Assembly: GCA_030167865.1 (NCBI GenBank)
Contig: JALAGF010004003.1
Coordinates: forward strand, 62,001-126,000
Length of the DNA: 64,000 nucleotides
DNA from: Craspedostauros australis
Taxonomy: Eukaryota
Direction: 5' to 3'
The notes under the pieces were generated by a model. The model searched no databases and was not told the DNA's origin. It saw only the letters and a list, made by a program, of their open reading frames with translations. This document shows positions 11,711 through 21,092 of the stretch, one piece after another. The position numbers and the translations under genes are program-made. Position 1 is the stretch's first letter. The number at the start of each line of letters is the position of its first letter.

Positions 11711-13558
11711 ATGATCTTCCAACGAACAGCCGTTGCTGCGGCTATTCTGCTGCAGTTGGCATGTACATCGCAAACGACCGATGCCTTCATGCCGTCGTTG
11801 CCACGTGCGCATCTCCAGCACTACCAGTCCACAACAACAACAACAGCAACAACTCATACCACTACACAGATATTTGCCGACGCCACCAAGAATGCGGCAT
11901 CCGCCGGACCGCAGGCCCCCGTCATCGAAATCGATCGACGACGCAACCTGGCCATCATCAGCCATCCCGATTCCGGAAAGACCACAATGACGGAGAAGCT
12001 CCTCCTCTACGGTGGTGCATTGCAGCAGGCCGGTGCCGTGCGTCAAAAGGCAGAACAGCGCGCCACCAAGTCCGATTTCATGGAGATGGAACAGGAGCGT
12101 GGCATCTCCATCTCGGCCACCGTCCTCAACTTTGATTACCGCGACAAGAGCGTCGTCATCCTCGACACGCCGGGCCATCAAGATTTCTCCGAGGATACGT
12201 ACCGCGCTTTGGCGGCCGCCGACAACGCCGTCATGTTGCTCGACGCGGCCAAGGGATTGGAACCGCAGACGCGCAAGTTGTTCGAAGTCACGAGGTTGCG
12301 ACGCATGCCGCTCTTCACCTTTTGCAACAAGATGGATCGGCCGGCCCTGACGCCCTACGACATTATGGACCAAATTCAGGAGGAATTCGATTTGGAATCC
12401 TTCCCCGTGCTCTGGCCCATCGGCGATGGAGAGCGATTCAAGGGCGTTCTGGATCGGTTGGACAAGGTCGTGCATCTCTACACGCGATCGGCGCAACGCG
12501 GCGGCAAGGCCGAGGTGGAGCAGGTGCCGTTGGAGGATGTCGAGCGTCTTGAGGAGATCATCGACGATGTCGAGTTGTTTGAACAGCTCATGGAGGATGC
12601 CGAATTGCTGGATGAGCTTATCTCGCCGCTCGACATGGAACGCGTCATTGCCGGCGACCAGACGCCCCTGTTCTTCGGTTCCGCCATGACCAACTTCGGA
12701 GTGCAGCTCTTTCTGGACAAGTTCCTGGAGATGGGCATCAAACCGGCAGGCCGCATTGCCAACAAGAAGGACGACGAGGACGACGAAGGCGAGAGCATCG
12801 AACCGAGCCATGACCAATTCACCGGTTTCGTCTTCAAAACGCAGGCCAATTTGGATCCCAAACACCGCGACCGCATGGCCTACATCCGCATCGTCTCGGG
12901 AACGTACGAAAAGGGCATGAAGGTCTCCCACTCCCGCAGCAAACCAGCCAAGAAGTACAATCTCGCCCAAGCCCAGGCCCTGTTCGGATCCGACCGTTCC
13001 TCCGTCGAACGGGCCTTTCCCGGCGATGTCATCGGCATCAACAACCCTGGCAACTTCGCCATCGGTGACACGCTCTACACCGGAGTCGCGCGCGTGGCAT
13101 TCCCCGGCATTCCGTCCTTTTCGCCCGAGAAGTTCGCCTACATCCGCAGTCCCAACCCGTCCGATTACAAGTCCTTCCGCAAGGGATTGGATCAGCTGCT
13201 GGACGAAGGTGCCGTGCAGGCGCTGCGACAGCGCAACGATGATGGTGGTGGTCCCCTCATCCTTGCCGCCGTCGGCCAGCTGCAGTTCGAAGTCGTGCAA
13301 GCGCGGTTGCAGAACGAGTACGGTGTGGAGTCCGTGATGGAGCCCATCAGCTACACGCTGGCGCGGTGGGCCGATGCTGGTTGGGATGCAGTAGACAAGG
13401 CCGATGCCGATGGAAAATTGTTCGGCATCATGATCGTGCAAGATCGGTGGAAGCGGCCGGTGTTGTTGTTCCGCAATGACTGGAAGGCAGCGGCGTTGGC
13501 AGAGGACGAGAAGTACCTGGAACTCAAGCCTTGGTCGCAGCCGCCCAACTTTGAGTAA
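11711..13558 (+). CDS. prfC: Peptide chain release factor 3 (bacterial type), predicted plastid-targeted
   Basis: RRRNLAIISHPDSGKTTMTEKLLLYGGA, SDFMEMEQERGISIS, LDTPGHQDFSEDTYR, NKMDR, FVFKTQANLDPKHRDR, AVGQLQFEV. Signal peptide ending TDA|FMP followed by a Thr-rich transit peptide. Confidence 0.95.
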   Translation: MIFQRTAVAAAILLQLACTSQTTDAFMPSLPRAHLQHYQSTTTTTATTHTTTQIFADATKNAASAGPQAPVIEIDRRRNLAIISHPDSGKTTMTEKLLLYGGALQQAGAVRQKAEQRATKSDFMEMEQERGISISATVLNFDYRDKSVVILDTPGHQDFSEDTYRALAAADNAVMLLDAAKGLEPQTRKLFEVTRLRRMPLFTFCNKMDRPALTPYDIMDQIQEEFDLESFPVLWPIGDGERFKGVLDRLDKVVHLYTRSAQRGGKAEVEQVPLEDVERLEEIIDDVELFEQLMEDAELLDELISPLDMERVIAGDQTPLFFGSAMTNFGVQLFLDKFLEMGIKPAGRIANKKDDEDDEGESIEPSHDQFTGFVFKTQANLDPKHRDRMAYIRIVSGTYEKGMKVSHSRSKPAKKYNLAQAQALFGSDRSSVERAFPGDVIGINNPGNFAIGDTLYTGVARVAFPGIPSFSPEKFAYIRSPNPSDYKSFRKGLDQLLDEGAVQALRQRNDDGGGPLILAAVGQLQFEVVQARLQNEYGVESVMEPISYTLARWADAGWDAVDKADADGKLFGIMIVQDRWKRPVLLFRNDWKAAALAEDEKYLELKPWSQPPNFE

Positions 13559-13774
13559 ACTTATGCATGATACAATATAATATTATGACATGAGAGCAGA
13601 TTGCTTACCATTGATGGCAAATAATATGACTCTAGAGTATACGACAGTGTGTAATCTGGCGGGCTGACGTGTTTATGGTGGTGGAAATTCGATCGTGAAG
13701 CATCAAACGGTGCCTATCTCTCTAGCTAAACACTGTGCTCTTTGTCTTGGACTGTTTGTCTCTGTTCATGTGCT

Positions 13775-14926
13775 TCATTCCGACGAAGCATCCTCATTCA
13801 CGGTGTACACCGCTTCCAGATACTCGACGATCTCGGGCGCTTCGAACATCTCGACGCCCGTGTTGGGATCCACCAACAGCGGAACCTGAAACCGACCGTA
13901 CTGCCGAATCATATCATCGCGTTTGGTCGAACCGCGCGCACAGCTGATGATGCGATGGGGCACGCACAAGGCGCACAGCTTCTCTCGCACGATCTTGACG
14001 AAGGGCGACCATTCGTATCCCCACAACTCGATGACCTGCATCTGCTCATTGTCGGGTCGAGCGTTGGGTTGACGACGTCCGCCGGGGAAATCCAACAGGA
14101 CAGCGCCCAACGCCGACGTCGCCAATGAAAATGCCTCGAAGGTGATGGGCCACAAAGCCTTGCGGTCGTAGGTGTCGGCCGGCGGTCCGTAGGTTTGCAG
14201 CAGATACTCGATCTGGTCGTTGCTCTCGAACATCTCGGTCTTCGTGTTGGGATCAACGAGGTAGGGCACGGTGCGACGTCCCGTGCGCTCCATAAGTTCG
14301 TCGGAGAAACCTTGTCGTGCTCCTGGACATGGGCGGTACTCGACGTTGATGTCGAGCAGGTTCATGGTCTCGCGCACGCGCTTGCAGAATGGAGAGGCTT
14401 CGTACTCGTAAAGGATGAGAGGCTGCTCTGGTCGCGGCGCCTGATCCAAGACCGTGGAGATCTCACGAATGCACCAGGGACCGAGCTTGACGCAGTACGT
14501 GTCGGGATTGGCTTCATCGTCGTAGCTGAAGGTATCGATGGTCCATCCCAGGGTGAAGAATCCCGTGAAGATCCTGAGAAACAAGGAAAGATCCGTCTTG
14601 ATGAATCGCACGAGATCGATCTTCTTCGTGATGGTGAATGGTTGCGGCTCTGGTGCGACGAAGCCATCCGGTGCCTTGACCTTGGGAAAGCCAGATGTGC
14701 GACCGTTTCCACCCTTGCCGTCGTTGCTCTTGTTTGAGAACAGATCGCTGAGGAAGCCCATGTGCAGCGCCGACGTGCTGCTGCTGGTATCGCTCTCTCC
14801 TCGTATTGATGCCAATGTGGTCGCCCACTGTGGAGCACCCGGCGTGAATGCTGCGCAATGCTTGCTTGCAGACATCACCACCATCACCACCGCCGACCAC
14901 GCGGTCAACCACGTAATCATGCCCAT
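13775..14926 (-). CDS. Double GST-N/glutaredoxin-like (2GST_N type) protein, predicted plastid-targeted
   Basis: Two thioredoxin-fold repeats: LYEYEASPFCKRVRE...VPYLVDPNT...FESNDQIEYL and LWGYEWSPFVKIVRE...VPLLVDPNT...FEAPEIVEYL. Signal peptide ending CAA|FTP. The start Met is uncertain (14926 or slightly upstream). Confidence 0.85.
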   Translation of the reverse strand: MGMITWLTAWSAVVMVVMSASKHCAAFTPGAPQWATTLASIRGESDTSSSTSALHMGFLSDLFSNKSNDGKGGNGRTSGFPKVKAPDGFVAPEPQPFTITKKIDLVRFIKTDLSLFLRIFTGFFTLGWTIDTFSYDDEANPDTYCVKLGPWCIREISTVLDQAPRPEQPLILYEYEASPFCKRVRETMNLLDINVEYRPCPGARQGFSDELMERTGRRTVPYLVDPNTKTEMFESNDQIEYLLQTYGPPADTYDRKALWPITFEAFSLATSALGAVLLDFPGGRRQPNARPDNEQMQVIELWGYEWSPFVKIVREKLCALCVPHRIISCARGSTKRDDMIRQYGRFQVPLLVDPNTGVEMFEAPEIVEYLEAVYTVNEDASSE

Positions 14927-16348
14927 GTTTCTGCGATTCGTCATTCTTCGATGTGATGGTGTTACTTCTATTGCTACTGCTGATTGCAGTGATGCTGATG
15001 TGATGGTGGTGGTAGATGGGAATGCCCATCCAGCAATGCCGAGACTGGTGCCGATACAAGATCCCATCATCGTCGGTCGTTTCGCTTCTGGATTTTGCGT
15101 TTCCGAAAACGGTTGGATACATCAACCTAATCACAGTAGTCTAGATTGGTAAGAAGTGACTGACTTCGACAAAGCGCGCTCCTGACTGATTCCAACATTT
15201 ATTCGAAGAAATCGAAAATGCGATTTATGATCCTTCTCTTTGATTCACGTGTGTGTCTGGACGTTCAAGTGGAACTTCCGCAGCGGCACCCGAGATCGCG
15301 CGAGGAGCACCATTTCTGCAGGTTTCGACGACGGTTTATCCGTTGTGCATTGGTGCGACACGATGATCTTCGTCTTCAACGGAGAAACGAATCGTGCATG
15401 CACAAGAACGAACTCGACCGATCGCTTGTCGTTGCGCGTGGAACACGTGACGCATCGCACACGAGTGAAGCGTTGGAGTTGTTGGTTTCCAGGCAGTCAC
15501 GAGTAGGAACAGTCGAGTGGCAGGGACTGTGCGAGCCACTCTGCTCGCGAAGCACTGGGTTAGTTGGAGTTGTTGGTTTGTGAACAGTCCCGGTTGTGCT
15601 GCCGTGTCATGCGCGTTTAAGCACAAAAAGCCACCGTTGTGCTGCACCGTTCACGGCCGGATAAATAATATTTGTTGGTGAACTTCGCGTTCTCTCTGTC
15701 TGCATTTCGCTCACGGTGTTGGCGTTCTTCTCTGTGTTGGTTAGTTGTTTGGTTGGAGGCACAACAATGCAACAGGAGCGCGAGTGGCGCGAACAGCACG
15801 AGCAAAGAAGCACATCACCGGTGTCGCATTCTCCTCGCCTCTCTTGTTGCGTTTTTGGTTTGTCGTGGCGGAGTGCGTCACGCTCGGCATCTTGGCAAGA
15901 AGGACCACTCTCACTTCGTCGTGTTGCATTGCCGTTGTCGCTGCAATTGGAGTTGCCGTTGACATCGATTTTGCATCCGTTCAGAGTGATGCGAAGGGCT
16001 TCGTGAACAAGTGGAAAGTCTCTCTGCTGAGAAACCCAAAGGAAGCAGAGGACAGCCATCACATGGGCTGCAAGTACTCACATCAGCGCCACCGATCCCC
16101 ACCACCCAAGACCAGACCAACAGGAACAAGACACCGCATCTTGCCACGTCCCGCACTGCGACACCATAGATCGCGCCTCCATACCAACAGGTCAACCAAG
16201 AAGGCAACGCATCGAAGAGAAACAAAATAATTGATTGCGGTGCTGGCGAAGCAATAAATCGTTTTATATATTCCAATCCTCAAGAGCATCACAGTCCCAA
16301 CACAGGTACTCTCCACCAATAGCGACAGATCACAACAAAGCAACGACG

Positions 16349-18391
16349 ATGGTGGATGTGTACGATCCGTTTGCTGCGTCCTCGGCGGATGTGTTTGGGT
16401 CGGATCCGAGCGATGTGGATGTTTGGAACGGCCACGATTCCTTCGGAGGAGACAAGGAATGGGCAGAGTGCAACGAAAACGGAGAAGAGGACTTCGATCC
16501 CTTCGGTGTCAACGATGACGATGACGATGACGATGACCACGACGATGGCGATGACCACGACGATGGCGCTCACTATGACATTCGAGACGATTCCGACTAC
16601 GAATCGCCCAGCGATGCATCCTCGTCATCGTACGACTCCTATTCCGACGAGGATGGCCACAGCGAGAGCGGTACCGAGCATGATTACGATGATGAGCATG
16701 ACAGCGATGATGAGCAGCACGGCCACGACGGCAGCCACGACGGCAGTCACGACAACAGTCACGACAACAGTCACAGAAGCAGTGGACCAAGAATAGGAAG
16801 CAGCAGCGCCAACACCAGCACCCACAACCGCTCGAACAGCCGACGTGCGAGCCGACAGGGTGGAGGCGCCGGCCATCGCACCGACACACCCGCCGCTGCA
16901 AAGCAAGCAAGAAGGCCCAGAAGGGCAAGAGGACAGCCAGCACCGTCGTCGCCGCCAAGAGCATCGCCAGCAGGATCAGCTGCTTCCGCAAAGGCAAAGA
17001 CGGCGGCGGCGGTTGCGTCTGCGGCAGCGAGATCGCAAGGGCGCAGGTCCAGTCGCAACAGGCCACGCCCCAACATCCGCCCACGCAAGTCCAGATCCGT
17101 CAGCACCCGCCGCAAAAGCAGAACTGGGGATGGCGGTGCCGATCACTCCCGACCGAGAGCGGGAGACCCGCCGGAGACGACCAGAACAGCACGTGCCCGG
17201 CGATCTCGATCGACTTCGGCGGCGCGCGATGTCGATGCCAAAGATCCACCTGCCAGAACCGCGGCGCACAATGGCAGCCGCAGACGGCAAAAGTCGGCGT
17301 CCATGAGGGGATCCACGCACAAGCCCGCATCAACCTCAAAGTCAGTGTCGTCGAGAAAGTCCAGACGCTCTCGTGATCACGACGACAACGCTTCGGAGTC
17401 GAGTGGGAAGCACGATCTGAGAAAGCCAAGGTCCTTGAACACCTTCCTGTCGCAGGAGGAGGATCGCTACCATGAAGGCAGCGGGGATGACTGCGATCCA
17501 TTCAACATCGCCGCCTCCGTCACGGAGGAAACAGCCAGCGTGTCGACGCCCACATCGGAGGACCTTTGCGGATTCCCCAACACAAGCCAACGCAGCGCAT
17601 CGAAACGACACACATCGCACACCAGCGAGGGGTTTGACGGCTTTGCTTCGCCTGATAGCTCGCAGCATGAGCCGCGTCACGGTCTTCGATCTCAGCGCTC
17701 TCCTGCACCGGTGACACCGCGATCGAGGCACTCCTCGTCAGGAACATCGCATTTCTCATCGCCCTCCTCCGCACCCGGTTCCTCAACGTCGCGCCATCGA
17801 TCCAACCGATCGAACTTGCGAGCGTCGCGTGCGGGTGGCGTCAACGCCTCGCCTCTCGTCAAGCGAAGGGACGGCACAGTCGGCAAGATGCTCACCAAGC
17901 AAGCGCAGGAGCACAATCGACGTTCGAAGAACCGACGCGCCGCGGTGCGGGACTCCCTCTTCAAGTCCTTGGGCGACATGGATGACACGGAGGACGGCGA
18001 TGATTCCAGCAGCCAGCCGACGTTGGATTCCTTCATGACGCAGAGCAACAAGAGCGCTGGCGCCAGCGTTCATTCGTCACGGTCGCATCGCAGCGCGACA
18101 AGCCGGTCGGTCATCAGCGCGCCACCGAAGCTCACCAACGTGGGCCGTCCACCCAGCGGACGACCCGCGGGACGACGTTCGCAGCGCACTTCCGGAGATG
18201 GTCAGCATCGTGGTCGACGTTCGGTGCCGGCGTCGCCGCGGGGACGCAGCGCAACGACACCGACGGCGTCTCCAGGAGCGCTGGAACGGCGCAAGCTGTC
18301 CGCCAAGGATTTGGCAGAAACGCTGGGAGATAAGGGGTACATCGAAGTTGTGGACGGCAAGATGCGATTGGTGATCGACGTGGATGAGTAG
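16349..18391 (+). CDS. Hypothetical intrinsically disordered protein (acidic N-terminus, Arg/Ser-rich middle, short ordered C-terminus)
   Basis: Long ORF with ATG at 16349 after a CA-rich leader. Three DPF motifs, HDGS/HDNS 12-nt tandem repeats, and C-terminal LSAKDLAETLGDKGYIEVVDGKMRLVIDVDE. Confidence 0.75.
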   Translation: MVDVYDPFAASSADVFGSDPSDVDVWNGHDSFGGDKEWAECNENGEEDFDPFGVNDDDDDDDDHDDGDDHDDGAHYDIRDDSDYESPSDASSSSYDSYSDEDGHSESGTEHDYDDEHDSDDEQHGHDGSHDGSHDNSHDNSHRSSGPRIGSSSANTSTHNRSNSRRASRQGGGAGHRTDTPAAAKQARRPRRARGQPAPSSPPRASPAGSAASAKAKTAAAVASAAARSQGRRSSRNRPRPNIRPRKSRSVSTRRKSRTGDGGADHSRPRAGDPPETTRTARARRSRSTSAARDVDAKDPPARTAAHNGSRRRQKSASMRGSTHKPASTSKSVSSRKSRRSRDHDDNASESSGKHDLRKPRSLNTFLSQEEDRYHEGSGDDCDPFNIAASVTEETASVSTPTSEDLCGFPNTSQRSASKRHTSHTSEGFDGFASPDSSQHEPRHGLRSQRSPAPVTPRSRHSSSGTSHFSSPSSAPGSSTSRHRSNRSNLRASRAGGVNASPLVKRRDGTVGKMLTKQAQEHNRRSKNRRAAVRDSLFKSLGDMDDTEDGDDSSSQPTLDSFMTQSNKSAGASVHSSRSHRSATSRSVISAPPKLTNVGRPPSGRPAGRRSQRTSGDGQHRGRRSVPASPRGRSATTPTASPGALERRKLSAKDLAETLGDKGYIEVVDGKMRLVIDVDE

Positions 18392-18732
18392 GCAAATGCA
18401 TGTTAAGAACCTCATCCATATGACGATGCCGATTGCTGTTGTTATCAATGCAAAAGTTGAGCGGGGCAGCTCATCATTCCATGTCAGATCTGCCATCAAG
18501 GATTGGAGCAACGAAGATGGCAAGAGTTAATCGTCAGTGAAACGAGCGTTTCTCTAGAGAGACGGTAGAGTACACTGGAGCATTACATATATTACTCCAT
18601 TAGACTTCATTTCCGTGACCGCGAGTATTCGCAGAGTACCCTCTCTCTCTGTCTAGCGTTGACTACCGTCATTTTGCATGATTCCCACTGTATGTGCCAA
18701 ACTGCGTACGACAATTAGTACGAGTAAAGCTC

Positions 18733-20163
18733 CTATATCTCCATCCGCAAGAACCGCTTGATTGCGTTTTCCACCTTCGTAATGGCCTTGTCCAACCATG
18801 TCACATCTTCGACAACCTCCAACTCATCATCCTTGCTGCCTGGTTTGACGCTGTGTACCAGATCTTGATGATCTTCGTAGTGGGTTTCCAACTTGAATTC
18901 TGGTTCTGGCTCTTCCACAACCGCAGCAGCCTCCTCCTCCACCTCTTCCTCCACTTGTTTCTTCCCTCCAAACACGCCTTGGAAGAGGTTCTGCGCTGAA
19001 TTCGTGATCTCCGTGCCATCTTGCACCGCCACAACTGTCACAACAATCGCAGTTGCAACGAATGCAGTTCTCCGAATCCATTTGGGAAAGTCTCGCTTGG
19101 ACTTGGCAGCGATGGCTTCGTCCAAGAGACAGGTCGATGGCAATCCTTCCGGCGGACGTGTCAATTGCTTTTCAATCAGCATTTGTGCAGCTGCTGGTTT
19201 CATGAGGTTGATCTCATTCGACCCGTATCGCAGTTTTTGCAGTGCCGACTTCATGATGGGCGTAATGATCGTTGTGGCCGCAATCGGCACTGGGACCGTG
19301 GATGTGATTGGTGTGCTGGTGGCGGTATCCTTGCTATCATCGCCGTCGCCATCATCGCCGTCGCCTCCTGGTGGCTGCAGTTCATCCACGTTCGCTGGAG
19401 CGTCATCCTCCGCAACTGTCGCATCATCTACACTCTCCACGCCAGCATCGTCATCGTCATCCTCATTCTCTGCAACATCTGCAGTCGTTTCTTCGGATTC
19501 AGAAGTTTTGGCTGCCTCAGTTGTTGCTGCTGCCGTGGTCGTCGCCGCCGTCGCGTAAGTCTCGCCGGTGGTTGTCTCACCTTCATCGTAGGCATCCGCC
19601 AACTCCATACGATCGACGAAGGCCGAACTGGCTTCATCATCCGTGGTGGATACTGCGCGCGTGGCCGCAGCGGTCGCTTCCTCGAATTCCTCGTCATCAA
19701 AGACGGTTTGATGCAGACCATCCTGCAGCTGCATCGGCACATCGTCGGTGGATGGTGTCTTTGTTGCGGTTACATTGATGGACTGCGCATCTTCAAAGCT
19801 CTCGGCATCGCTGACATCCGTGATGTCACTTGGTTCCTCAATCTCCTTGGCATCCACAAAGGCGTCCATGTCGCTGATATCATCTTCGTCATCGGCTTCC
19901 TCTTCGTCTTGATGCTTCTTTGCGAGGTTGTGAACATCGGATTGTTCCAAGAGGCGACGTTCCTGTTCCGTGAGAATGACGGAATCATCTTCAAAGTCGC
20001 TGCTGCTCTCCAAATCGATCCCCTTCTTGGAGCAAGGAGTGTCGGATCCACCTCGGATGGCAAAGGATCTCGCGATCGGGTGATTGGCTGCCGATGCTGG
20101 GATTGGGAGTGTTGCGGACAGCAGCAGCGTCGTGAGCATGAAGGAGGAAGTGGAAGCAACCAT
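18733..20163 (-). CDS. Hypothetical acidic secretory-pathway membrane protein
   Basis: Signal peptide MVASTSSFMLTTLLLSATLPIPASA, then an IRGG motif, a long D/E/T-rich region, a small helical domain (IMKSALQKLRYGSNEINLMKPAAAQMLIEKQLTRP) and one TM (TAFVATAIVVTVVAV). Confidence 0.8.
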   Translation of the reverse strand: MVASTSSFMLTTLLLSATLPIPASAANHPIARSFAIRGGSDTPCSKKGIDLESSSDFEDDSVILTEQERRLLEQSDVHNLAKKHQDEEEADDEDDISDMDAFVDAKEIEEPSDITDVSDAESFEDAQSINVTATKTPSTDDVPMQLQDGLHQTVFDDEEFEEATAAATRAVSTTDDEASSAFVDRMELADAYDEGETTTGETYATAATTTAAATTEAAKTSESEETTADVAENEDDDDDAGVESVDDATVAEDDAPANVDELQPPGGDGDDGDGDDSKDTATSTPITSTVPVPIAATTIITPIMKSALQKLRYGSNEINLMKPAAAQMLIEKQLTRPPEGLPSTCLLDEAIAAKSKRDFPKWIRRTAFVATAIVVTVVAVQDGTEITNSAQNLFQGVFGGKKQVEEEVEEEAAAVVEEPEPEFKLETHYEDHQDLVHSVKPGSKDDELEVVEDVTWLDKAITKVENAIKRFLRMEI

Positions 20164-21092
20164 GGTGTGTGCGTGTGTTCTGGAGAGAGACGCAAAGAAT
20201 GGATGTACGTGAAAGTATGTGAATGTGGGATGAAGAGACAAAGGATCGCTTGATTGGCTGTTCGGATTCTTGTTTCGGCAGGTCAGAGAGGGGATGAGAT
20301 GATCCACTTGTGCTTGCGTTATGGTTGACCACAGAGCTGTCGTCGATGATTTGTCAACGGTGAACGTGGAGTCCTCCTGTCAACGTTGGTGTAGTTGGAG
20401 ACGACAGACACAATGCCATACGATACTTCAAGAGTGGAATAATCGTGGAGTGGAGTGGAAACCTTTTCGGGGATGCAGACTTTGATGCATTTCTTCTCCG
20501 TGTTGGTGATGGATGTCGAAGTCCACACACGTTGCCCACATCCAGGGTTCCACAAGGAACATGATGGCCACAACGTGACGCCCAAACGCCGGTTGATGCC
20601 AACAAGAAAACACTGTGTTTGGTGTTCGGATACCAAACATCTTCAAGAAGCTATCTTAGCTCTGAAGCTAGATACAAATCACATATACCTATATCCGGGT
20701 GTCGAGAACTCAACGGCTCCATTTCTGCGATTCGAACGACCCGTCACACAAAATTCGAAGGAAAATGACCACAACGCTTCGGTGTTTCTTGAGCAGACGG
20801 AACCACAGCACGAAGACTGCGAACTGCGCCCAGAAGACACCAAGAGAAGAGCAACATGAGAGCAACACCGAAGGAAGAGTCCACATCGCTTCAATTCAAT
20901 TGCATTGCATTCCGTTCCATTACATTCTGATCCGTTGCAACAAAGAACCAAAGGAACAATCAAAGTCGAAGCCGAAGTCGAAGTCGCTGCCAAGGAGGAT
21001 CAACAACCGCAGATCGGCAGTCAATTCGATTCAATTCAGCAGCATTCAATTCAATTGCATCTGACCTGCGACCAAGAATCAAATTCCACACC

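Noticed and set aside
11705..13441. 578-aa minus-strand ORF
   Set aside because: It is the antisense shadow of prfC caused by codon bias, with no recognisable motifs.
16723..16775. 12-nt tandem repeats as a possible CRISPR-like array
   Set aside because: They are coding HDGS/HDNS repeats with no spacers and no cas genes, in a eukaryotic context.
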